DNA of 62,345 nt, the filler included, from an uncultured Thermoplasmatales archaeon (GTDB taxonomy: Archaea; Thermoplasmatota; E2; DHVEG-1): assembly GCA_964517155.1 (NCBI GenBank). It is 4 parts of 4 records of this genome, joined end to end, with 100 filler letters (N's around TTAATTAATTAA, not from the genome) between each part and the next. Parts side by side here need not be neighbours in the genome. Positions count along the whole stretch, not along the records: positions 43,701 to 57,570 come from CAZFAZ010000074.1; positions 57,671 to 62,345 come from CAZFAZ010000081.1; 2 more parts are not named here. One strand, 5' to 3'. Positions 49,379-57,760 of the stretch are shown here, in pieces; position 1 is the first letter of the stretch; each line of letters starts with the position of its first letter. The notes beneath the pieces were generated by a model. It was not told the origin of the DNA. It did no database searches and saw only the letters and a program-made list of their open reading frames with translations. The position numbers and the translations under genes were made by a program.

Positions 49379-51327
49379 ATATATTCTCCCCTTACAACAA
49401 TACTTCTTTCACCTTTTTCAAGAGTTAAACCACCAATCGTCCAATAATAATCAGAAACACTATCAGAATCAAATTTAATTTCCAGCACACCTGCTGCAGT
49501 AACAGATACATTAGATTTTAAGATTTGTTTATACGGTTCATCCGAAGAGCAAGTTATACCTGAGAGTATTATGTTTCCATCACCTCCATTTAAAGTTATG
49601 TTCATATCATTTACAATTATATCTTCATCACCTACAGTAAAAACTATACTGTAAAAACCTTCTGTTAAATTCATGATTTTAAAAAAAGCAGGACCTGAAC
49701 CTGTAGCATTACAAACAAAAGTCCTGCCTAACCCCTCACCCAAATCTTTTGAATTTACTAAACCACTATCCCACGTATAATCCAGTGAATGAGTTCCATT
49801 TATATATGCAACTGGTTCAGCGTCAGCACGCCCACCACTACCGATGGATGTAACCATTGCAAACTTTCGAACAAATATCCAATCATAATATGCAATAGTA
49901 CCACTGTTAGTTGTGCAAAGCCCAAAATAGCCCTCATTAAGTAAATTATATATAGTTGCATTAGATCCATCTACAGAAAAGCTCTCATAAAAATATCTAC
50001 ATATTACATTATCTGTACCATTTAAGATATATTTCAACCGATTCCACTCAGTATTAACAGGGTTTTTGCCATAATTGGAAGATATGTTTTTCCATTCATT
50101 ATTTTGATATTTTATAATAGTCAAATAATTCTCTAAATTATCCCCCGGAGATCCTGTAGCTATAGAACTTGATGAAAAAACTAATCCTTCTTGATAAGGT
50201 AGTTTATTAATGCCTAAAATATTTTTACTTCTAACAAACATGCTAGCCTCCCTCTTATTTTCTGTAACTTCAACTGCTTTTGTTTTAACTTCAATTATGC
50301 AGGGCGATGACTCAGGATACAACATCAATTTAGATTTTAATGCAGATTTATTTGTTAAAACTAACATTTTGTCTTTAACATACAACTCACCACCCGAAGG
50401 AATATAAGTACTCCATCTACCCGAATCAGGAGCAGACCCCTGAGAAAAATCATCAAAGAAAATAAATGTATCAAAACCATTGCTATAAGGAAGAGCTAAG
50501 GGATTGCTATAATACATATAAATTGTACATCCTGTTGCAGGTATATCTGTTACATTTACCCATATCCTTGAAACATGTGTTTCACTTGGATACCACCGCT
50601 CTATCCAATACGGCAATAATTGTCCTCCAGCATTATCAGAAACAAATCTCAAATCAGAGGCGTTATTATTAACTAGTGAATAATCAAAATTTTTGTCAGT
50701 TAATTGAATTAGAATTTGATAACCATCATCTATATCACTTCCAGTTGGATTGCTTATGTATATAGGGGTTCTATATCGATATTGTAAAAGTTGCGGATGC
50801 CAATTATTAGGCTCACAATTATCTGATATTCTTGTGTATCCTAAAGTTCCAAGTGAATTTTCTCCACCAAAATCAAACTTATATACATAATCAGTTTTTT
50901 TACAAAAAACAACCAATTTTCCCTCCGAACTATATACCCTACCATATACATCCATAATCAACCTTTGAGGAACATTATAATTTGTACTGCTTACTTTAAT
51001 CACTCCATCTGTAGAATTAACATATACTGCTTGGTTACTAATTTCTACATAATAAGAGTACTTATCAATTAATTTTAAAGGAATCTCAAATGTTGTTGAA
51101 TAATTTGCATTAGGATATTGTTCTTTTATTAAACAAATATTAGTTATAAGGCTTGCTACACGATTTGCAAGATCTTGAGCATATAACTCTGCAGCAGATA
51201 CTGTCTTTTCATCAATAACTGTAACAACTGCAAGTGTAGAAGCAGCAACTACAAATCCTGTTAAAGAAAGTGTTAAGACGTATCCAACTAAATTAGATAC
51301 TGCATCATTTCTTTCTAAAAAATTCAT
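49375..51327 (-). CDS. Pilin-like protein with an inserted DUF2341 domain
   Basis: RNDA|VSNLVGYVLTLSL; YRTPIYI, DLRF, PYWIERW, IWVNV, YMYYSNP, FFDDF. Confidence 0.8.
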   Translation of the reverse strand: MNFLERNDAVSNLVGYVLTLSLTGFVVAASTLAVVTVIDEKTVSAAELYAQDLANRVASLITNICLIKEQYPNANYSTTFEIPLKLIDKYSYYVEISNQAVYVNSTDGVIKVSSTNYNVPQRLIMDVYGRVYSSEGKLVVFCKKTDYVYKFDFGGENSLGTLGYTRISDNCEPNNWHPQLLQYRYRTPIYISNPTGSDIDDGYQILIQLTDKNFDYSLVNNNASDLRFVSDNAGGQLLPYWIERWYPSETHVSRIWVNVTDIPATGCTIYMYYSNPLALPYSNGFDTFIFFDDFSQGSAPDSGRWSTYIPSGGELYVKDKMLVLTNKSALKSKLMLYPESSPCIIEVKTKAVEVTENKREASMFVRSKNILGINKLPYQEGLVFSSSSIATGSPGDNLENYLTIIKYQNNEWKNISSNYGKNPVNTEWNRLKYILNGTDNVICRYFYESFSVDGSNATIYNLLNEGYFGLCTTNSGTIAYYDWIFVRKFAMVTSIGSGGRADAEPVAYINGTHSLDYTWDSGLVNSKDLGEGLGRTFVCNATGSGPAFFKIMNLTEGFYSIVFTVGDEDIIVNDMNITLNGGDGNIILSGITCSSDEPYKQILKSNVSVTAAGVLEIKFDSDSVSDYYWTIGGLTLEKGERSIVVRGEYI

Positions 51328-53156
51328 TTGATCGCCTCCAAGTTTAATTCGATAAGAGAGTTATCAAAAATAAGTTTTTTCCCATTGTGAGTATATACTA
51401 GTGTATCTTCATCCAAGGGTTCAAAGTCATAGTTATTTCTGAAATATTCAAGCCAAATATCCTTATTATCCCCATAAATCTGTATTTTTAGATTGTATAC
51501 GCTAGGAAACCGTGGCTCTCTGCTTAAACTATTTTTCATATTAATTCCAAGTTGATATGCTCCAGCACCACCACCTCCTGTCGACCCAGTTCCTCTCACT
51601 TGGATTATCCTTAATGCAAGAGCGTTTTCTCCTTCAAAAAAAGATGGTTTTTTCACAAAGTTATTCTCAGATGATTCGATAGATATTACTGCCCCATTTT
51701 CAAATATAGTTTCCAGAATTCCAACATTATACGGCGCAGTATATGTGACTGATCCTAAATCAAAAACCCAGATTCTACCAAAAGGAGTACCATATGTATT
51801 AGGAAAACGATTTGACTGATTAAAATAAACATCACATGTAGAATTAATAATATCCATACGTAATGTTCCAGACAATTCCTTTACAGCATCAAAAGTACCC
51901 TCCTGATTAATTCCAACATTAAGAAACTGATAACTTGCATCTTCTGGAAAATACTCCCAAGGACGAACACGAATACCGGGACTAACATAATCTATTTCAT
52001 TTATCGCACCATCTTCATTCTTTGCTTGTACGGTCACAGTATAAGTACCAGGTTTTTTAAAAATATGCCAAAAATAGACCGACTCTCCTGAAGTAAATAA
52101 TCCTTCCGTCCAATCATCAACAGTTCCATCGCCCCACATTATTCTATATCTTAAATCCTTATTATCAGGATCTTCTCCAGTTATATTAAACAAACATTTC
52201 AAACCTGAATATCTAAAAACAGGCAGTATCACGCTTGGCGTAAATGGAGGTGGACACTCTACATAAAATGTGCTATAAGGAAAATCGTACAGAGGCATTG
52301 AAACTAAGCCTGTACTTTCATTTATATATGCCATGCCATTTGTATAAATATTTCCTCCAAAATACCACATATAATAGTTCGAATTTCCATCACCACCTAA
52401 AGTACTTAATACAATATAATACTCCTCATCCTGAATTAATGTTATATTTTCAAAATCACAGTTTATCCAACCCCAAGAATTTAAAATACTGCTGGAAGGT
52501 AAAGATACAGATGTAAAAGGTTCATTATTTAAACCCGGAAAATCACTAGCATTATAAATAGAAACAACAAGATCACCAGTAACTATACCATATGATTTTA
52601 CATAAACCTGGATTTTATCTAAAGTCCATCCATATGAATTGTTAAAAGATTGTGCACACCAATGATTGTTATATATCTTTTTATAAGGTGTTGTTTGCGG
52701 AGAAAAATACCATGTTGGCATTCCCGGGTCAAGCCAATATATATTAGCTGAATCAACAGTAGGTGAACTGCCATCCATATTTACTGTAAAATATTGATCT
52801 TTATCATCTAAACCGGATACAGTAAAATTGTAACTTTCATTAAAAGAATACATTATTATCATTTTAGTCGAATTTGAATCTATAGATAGTGAACCTTTAT
52901 CATTCATACTTACTATCTCGCCACCTGCTCTTGTGTCTGGGCCATCTATTATCAAGTTACGTATAGTGTCATCCATAACATCAAAGTTACCCAAGGCAGT
53001 CTGCAATTGACTGCTCATTTTTTTTTCTTCTATATACGGCAAACCCCATGCAAGAACTACAGTTATAGTACCAAAAACAATCATAATTACAAGAAGCGCT
53101 GAAACAACCTCTGAAACACCCTGATTATCCATCTTTATTTTTTTCATCATCCTCAC
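51324..53156 (-). CDS. Pilin-like protein with beta-sandwich and PKD inserts; Hint-less paralog of the next gene
   Basis: DNQG|VSEVVSALLVIMI; WGLPYIE; AQSF domain; DPDN...WGDG PKD; PFGRIWVFDLG. Confidence 0.8.
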   Translation of the reverse strand: MRMMKKIKMDNQGVSEVVSALLVIMIVFGTITVVLAWGLPYIEEKKMSSQLQTALGNFDVMDDTIRNLIIDGPDTRAGGEIVSMNDKGSLSIDSNSTKMIIMYSFNESYNFTVSGLDDKDQYFTVNMDGSSPTVDSANIYWLDPGMPTWYFSPQTTPYKKIYNNHWCAQSFNNSYGWTLDKIQVYVKSYGIVTGDLVVSIYNASDFPGLNNEPFTSVSLPSSSILNSWGWINCDFENITLIQDEEYYIVLSTLGGDGNSNYYMWYFGGNIYTNGMAYINESTGLVSMPLYDFPYSTFYVECPPPFTPSVILPVFRYSGLKCLFNITGEDPDNKDLRYRIMWGDGTVDDWTEGLFTSGESVYFWHIFKKPGTYTVTVQAKNEDGAINEIDYVSPGIRVRPWEYFPEDASYQFLNVGINQEGTFDAVKELSGTLRMDIINSTCDVYFNQSNRFPNTYGTPFGRIWVFDLGSVTYTAPYNVGILETIFENGAVISIESSENNFVKKPSFFEGENALALRIIQVRGTGSTGGGGAGAYQLGINMKNSLSREPRFPSVYNLKIQIYGDNKDIWLEYFRNNYDFEPLDEDTLVYTHNGKKLIFDNSLIELNLEAIK

Positions 53157-53306
53157 CTAATAAATAGGTATACATTTTATTCTCATTTATCATAACAACC
53201 ACTGTTTCTCTCATTTTTACAGTCGTTGTTAAGAGCATTTATGCTCTCACCAAGGATAATTAATTTTTATATCCAACTATGAGTAAATCTACATATTATC
53301 TTTATT

Positions 53307-56303
53307 TTATCTTATATCTAATATATTGACTCTAATAATTGAACTATAGCAAGCCAACTTTGTTGAAGCCCCATTTTTGTATAACAGCGTATCAGAATAG
53401 CTACCAGACTGCTCAGTGAAATCAGGAGTCCATGCAAACGTAAGATATGTATACCAAAGGTCTTGGTTTGAACCAATTATTTTAAGTTTTAAATTGCATA
53501 CCTGAGAAGTTTGCGATTCAGCTACAAAAGAATTTAAAAGATGAAGTTGAAACTTGTAATTACCAGTGCCGCTACCACTAGTTGCTCCATCCCCTCTAAT
53601 CTGAGTAACTTTGCATACAAGAGTACTACTGCCACTTTCATAAATATTTGAAGATTCTTGTAGATATCTGCTAGAAGGAGTTATCTTTACAACTCCACCA
53701 TTTTGAAACATTGTTTTGTAAAAACCATTATTGGACTGATAAGTATGGCAGATATGACCAAGATCAAAGATCCATATCCTACCAAATGGAATACGACCCC
53801 TGAGACCAATGGGCGTAGAAGGGTAATTATTATTATAAAGGTCTATACGAACTGTCCCTTTTAAAGCATGTATGCCTTGTGTAGAAATAGGATATACTCC
53901 AGTTATACCGCTCAGGTCCTCAAAAAAAGAAGAAGCAAACATCTCCTCATCAAGAGGCGCTCTAACTGTATATTTAACTTGTATGACCAATGGTTCAGAC
54001 CAATCGCTTTGCAGACCCTCACCATCTATTGCTTTTGCTCTAATCTCATAGATGCCTGCTTGAGACCAACTATGCTCTTGAACACTTCCTCCTTCAATAT
54101 ACGTTCCATCACCCCATGAAAAATTATAAGAAGAGATTCCACCACCGCCCGAAGGAGCTGCAATAAAACTATAGAGGGTGTCATTATAATAAACATTATA
54201 AGAACCAGTAAGCGACGGCGGATTTGGAGGATTATTTGAAGAGTCCAATATCGCTGAAGCAGTAGATGCTGCACCATATGGTTTTGCATTACTACCATCT
54301 GACTCTTGCCCTCTATCATTTGCGATTGACCATGCTTTGTAATAATATACGCTATTCGATGATAGTCCTGTATGAATAGTACTTGTTCCACTAAATATAC
54401 CAAGGTCTCCACCCGGCACTATAGTTCCAGATCCTTTGTTCCATGGAATGGGCTCAGAATCTTGAGAATATTCTATATATACTTTGTCTCCCCCTGTTCC
54501 ATGTGTCCATGAAAGCATTACCTGATCTGTATCAGCAGTTGCACTAAAACTTAACAAGGCAGCAGGTTTAGTAAGAAAATATTGTTCAAGACCAAAACTA
54601 CATCCAATACGATTACAAGCCACTGCATAATAACGATAATATGTTCCTTCCGATAATGAAGAAATTGATGTAGAATAAGCACCTGTATCAAAGTAACCAG
54701 TTTCAGATTCACACTCTTCTTCTATCAAACCACCAGTATAACATATTCCCCTAGAAAATCTTTCCTCTGAACCAATAAAAAGAATATTGCCTCTACCAAT
54801 GAATGTAGTTTCACCAACATCACCAGATTGAATTACTTCTGTAGTAACTAGTGGATATTTCGGTTTTTCTGGCGCTGAGTTATGAGTAATAATATCATCT
54901 GCAATAAAAGTGCCATATTTCATATCTACAAAATTATAAGTAAGATAATTGCCCTCAAATGATACAATGTCCAGCACTTCAACCACATCTAGTTCATCCT
55001 TAGAATTTAAACAAAAAAGAAAATCACCAATCTCAATTATACCTGCACCCATCTCCAACTCATCCAAACCACTAATAGTACACCACCCCTTACCACTCAC
55101 AAGAAAAGGATGATTAGCTGTAGGTTTCAAAACCTTACCATCGCTAAGTAAAATCTCATGAACATTATCATGCCAAATTGTTTGCAAACGCACCACAGGA
55201 GCAATCTCAACAATACTAGTCTCTTCATTAAAAACCTTAACCAGATCACCAATAACAATATCTTCAATATTTTTATAAGATCCATCCGCCATATTAACAG
55301 GAGTACCTGGCATAAAACATATTATCACTTCTTGACCTATAGCCGTAAGTTGATATTTTTCATTTTCAACATAATCTATTTCAATTCCATACTCCATATC
55401 ATTATGACCAAAAGCATCTTTTGCATTCGGATTAAAAGTAAATAAGTTATGAAAGTTATAAAAAATATCAAAAAGTGCGTTTTCTAAATAACCTAAATCT
55501 GATTTAACTAAGAAGCCATCAGCAAAATATACATTACAAGAAGAAAGTTTTAGATCATAGGTAATCTTTCTTTCGTATTCTTTTTCAACTGAAAAGATAT
55601 TAACCTCGTTTAAATTCTCATTAGTTAAATAATCACCAATTCTAATTTGTTCAGCTGAAACCCATTCATTATTAACATAGAATAAATGATTAGGAGTAAC
55701 ACAAACGTTTCCATTTAAAACGAGGTAATAATCATACATAAGGCTTTCATTATAAATCAATAGCTCTTCAACCTTATCTTCAACAAAAATATCCTTATTA
55801 AAATCATAAGATAAAACTACATCTCCGCTTTTAATAAACTCAATATTTTTATAACTACCATCAGCCATTAAAACCTGAGTACCTGAAAGAAAACATGTTG
55901 TTTCTTCAAACCAATAAACTTTTGCATCATTTAGTTGACCTTTTGACATATGTATATCAATTTGATTTTCAGCAAGATCTGATACATTGAATTCATAACC
56001 CTCATCAAATGAATACATGAGTAATAGCTTGTCCCCACTTGACTCTATATCAATGGAGCCATCTTCATTAAAAATATCTTCAATTCTAATTGAATCAGCT
56101 CCATCTGTAGCCAACTTTTGCAAGATTTCATCTAAAGAAGAAAACTCACCGGCTATTGCCTCACTTCTATTTTTTGCTTTTTCACTTTCAATATAAGGCA
56201 ATCCCCATAAAAGAATAGAGGTAATACTAGAAAAAAAAATAATAAGAACCAAAATAAGCGAAAAAACAGAGCTAACTGCATCTTTTCTTTTCTTCAGATT
56301 CAT
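53307..56303 (-). CDS. Pilin-like protein with two tandem Hint domains, two FN3-like domains and a PKD domain
   Basis: Likely start MNLKKRKDA|VSSVFSLILVLII; WGLPYIE; two CF..G..V.MADGSYKNIE Hints; PFGRIWIFDLG. Confidence 0.85.
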   Translation of the reverse strand: MNLKKRKDAVSSVFSLILVLIIFFSSITSILLWGLPYIESEKAKNRSEAIAGEFSSLDEILQKLATDGADSIRIEDIFNEDGSIDIESSGDKLLLMYSFDEGYEFNVSDLAENQIDIHMSKGQLNDAKVYWFEETTCFLSGTQVLMADGSYKNIEFIKSGDVVLSYDFNKDIFVEDKVEELLIYNESLMYDYYLVLNGNVCVTPNHLFYVNNEWVSAEQIRIGDYLTNENLNEVNIFSVEKEYERKITYDLKLSSCNVYFADGFLVKSDLGYLENALFDIFYNFHNLFTFNPNAKDAFGHNDMEYGIEIDYVENEKYQLTAIGQEVIICFMPGTPVNMADGSYKNIEDIVIGDLVKVFNEETSIVEIAPVVRLQTIWHDNVHEILLSDGKVLKPTANHPFLVSGKGWCTISGLDELEMGAGIIEIGDFLFCLNSKDELDVVEVLDIVSFEGNYLTYNFVDMKYGTFIADDIITHNSAPEKPKYPLVTTEVIQSGDVGETTFIGRGNILFIGSEERFSRGICYTGGLIEEECESETGYFDTGAYSTSISSLSEGTYYRYYAVACNRIGCSFGLEQYFLTKPAALLSFSATADTDQVMLSWTHGTGGDKVYIEYSQDSEPIPWNKGSGTIVPGGDLGIFSGTSTIHTGLSSNSVYYYKAWSIANDRGQESDGSNAKPYGAASTASAILDSSNNPPNPPSLTGSYNVYYNDTLYSFIAAPSGGGGISSYNFSWGDGTYIEGGSVQEHSWSQAGIYEIRAKAIDGEGLQSDWSEPLVIQVKYTVRAPLDEEMFASSFFEDLSGITGVYPISTQGIHALKGTVRIDLYNNNYPSTPIGLRGRIPFGRIWIFDLGHICHTYQSNNGFYKTMFQNGGVVKITPSSRYLQESSNIYESGSSTLVCKVTQIRGDGATSGSGTGNYKFQLHLLNSFVAESQTSQVCNLKLKIIGSNQDLWYTYLTFAWTPDFTEQSGSYSDTLLYKNGASTKLACYSSIIRVNILDIR
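54879..55319 (-). other. Hint domain 2 (aa C344-N490 of the 1013-aa ORF), canonical splicing junction HN|S
   Basis: CFMPGTPVNMADG, PTANHPF, TYNF, ITHN|S. Confidence 0.9.
55500..55895 (-). other. Hint domain 1 (aa C152-S283 of the 1013-aa ORF), lacks terminal His-Asn (LVKS|D)
   Basis: CFLSGTQVLMADG, VTPNHLF, TYDL, YFADGFLVKS. Confidence 0.88.
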
Positions 56304-56358
56304 TAATACATCCCCATCCATTAACATCTCTAATTTTAATTTAAACAATACCTCATTT

Positions 56359-57291
56359 TTATACTCCTGTAACCAGAAATTTGAAGATAAACCATGTAAT
56401 TAAAACCATGATAAACATATGTTTAACACCAGCAACAATTTTGCCATCTTCAAATACACCTGTTACAACACCCATACCTGCGCTTTGAAATATAGCTGCA
56501 ACAAAAAATGCAAAAGTAATATCATACTGAGTTATAGTTGAAGATCCACCCATTGCACCTGAAAGACCACCTGAACCAGGACCAAGCATAGCAGGAACCA
56601 AACTTTTACATAAAATAACTATAATTAAAAGAAAAACAAACATACCAACATAAACAACTGCAACATAAGAAAGCATACCTGCACGACGTTCAGATTCAAT
56701 AAGTTTAAGCTCTCTTGCATCCCTTGATGCTGCATCAAGAACATCTGCAACATTTCCACCACTGCGGCTTGCTTCAATAATCAGAGAAACAGTTCGACGG
56801 ATAAGCTTAGTATTAACACGTTTTGCAAAAGATTCAAGTGCTTTTTCAACACTATTACCCCAAGAAATCTGACGAGCAATATTTTGAATTTCAGGCGTAA
56901 GAAGACCATAATTGCCTTTTGAAGCAGCCATAATAGTCTTTGTAAAAGTCATACCCGCACGACGAGACTCAGCAAGATCACGTACAAAATCTGGAAATCT
57001 ATGATCAATTTTACGTACCTTTCGCTCACGCAAGAAACTATAAATACCAAAAATACCAGTTGAAACAATAAATGCTAAAACTAGATAATCAACATTAGTA
57101 CCAAGAATTACACCACCAATTTCAAAAGGTTTTATAATATCTATTGGGGGCGTAGATAAAATTGATAAAAAAATAAATAAAACTGCAGAAAAAGCAATAA
57201 CCATATAAATAACAAAACGAGAAAATTCACCTGTTACAATCATACGTTTTATAAAACCGGGTTTTGAGATCTTATCTATATTCTCATCCAT
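56359..57291 (-). CDS. Type IV pilus / T2SS-F membrane platform protein (TadC/FlaJ-like)
   Basis: FPDFVRDLAESRRAGMT, YGLLTPEI, ISWG, EASRSGGNVADVL. Confidence 0.92.
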   Translation of the reverse strand: MDENIDKISKPGFIKRMIVTGEFSRFVIYMVIAFSAVLFIFLSILSTPPIDIIKPFEIGGVILGTNVDYLVLAFIVSTGIFGIYSFLRERKVRKIDHRFPDFVRDLAESRRAGMTFTKTIMAASKGNYGLLTPEIQNIARQISWGNSVEKALESFAKRVNTKLIRRTVSLIIEASRSGGNVADVLDAASRDARELKLIESERRAGMLSYVAVVYVGMFVFLLIIVILCKSLVPAMLGPGSGGLSGAMGGSSTITQYDITFAFFVAAIFQSAGMGVVTGVFEDGKIVAGVKHMFIMVLITWFIFKFLVTGV

Positions 57292-57297
57292 TTTTTA

Positions 57298-57570
57298 TCA
57301 CACCCTCTGAGACATAGAAGCCAAAACAACAGCAAAACCAGTATGAATTAAAGGAATAACAACAAATGCAAAAACATAAATAATCAAAAGCTGACCTTTA
57401 TCAGCATTTGAAATAATCATAAGAAGAGGAATTATAATAATAATTAACAAAACACCTGCGACCGCCGCTGTAACATATGCCTCAGCCATTATTCCAAGGC
57501 TTTCAATAAGTTGTCTTTGAGCAACACGATTCTCACGTGTATATTGATCTGCTTTACTCATAAAATATGG
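57298..57570 (-). CDS. C-terminal fragment of a second TadB/TadC-like platform protein, truncated by the gap
   Basis: IESLGIMAEAYVTAAVAG followed by TM helices. Confidence 0.8.
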   Translation of the reverse strand, partial: PYFMSKADQYTRENRVAQRQLIESLGIMAEAYVTAAVAGVLLIIIIIPLLMIISNADKGQLLIIYVFAFVVIPLIHTGFAVVLASMSQRV

Positions 57571-57670
57571 NNNNNNNNNNNNNNNNNNNNNNNNNNNNNN
57601 NNNNNNNNNNNNNNTTAATTAATTAANNNNNNNNNNNNNNNNNNNNNNNNNNNNNNNNNNNNNNNNNNNN
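57571..57670. other. Artificial contig linker
   Basis: N44-TTAATTAATTAA-N44. Confidence 0.97.
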
Positions 57671-57760
57671 AAGTTTTTATTCAGGTTTAACCCAATTTAA
57701 AATAAAAATTTAAGAGTTCACTTAAATTGACGATTTGGTTTATAAAAAAGGAATTTTTTT

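Noticed and set aside
46912..55895. Hint domains as selfish inteins mobilised by the LAGLIDADG at 57818
   Set aside because: The endonuclease is on a different contig beyond an artificial linker; the Hints lack endonuclease inserts and two lack splicing junctions
46561..56303. Polymorphic toxin system (pre-toxin Hint plus toxin and immunity genes)
   Set aside because: Sequences after the Hints are FN3/PKD or pilin-scaffold-like; no recognisable toxin domain or immunity gene
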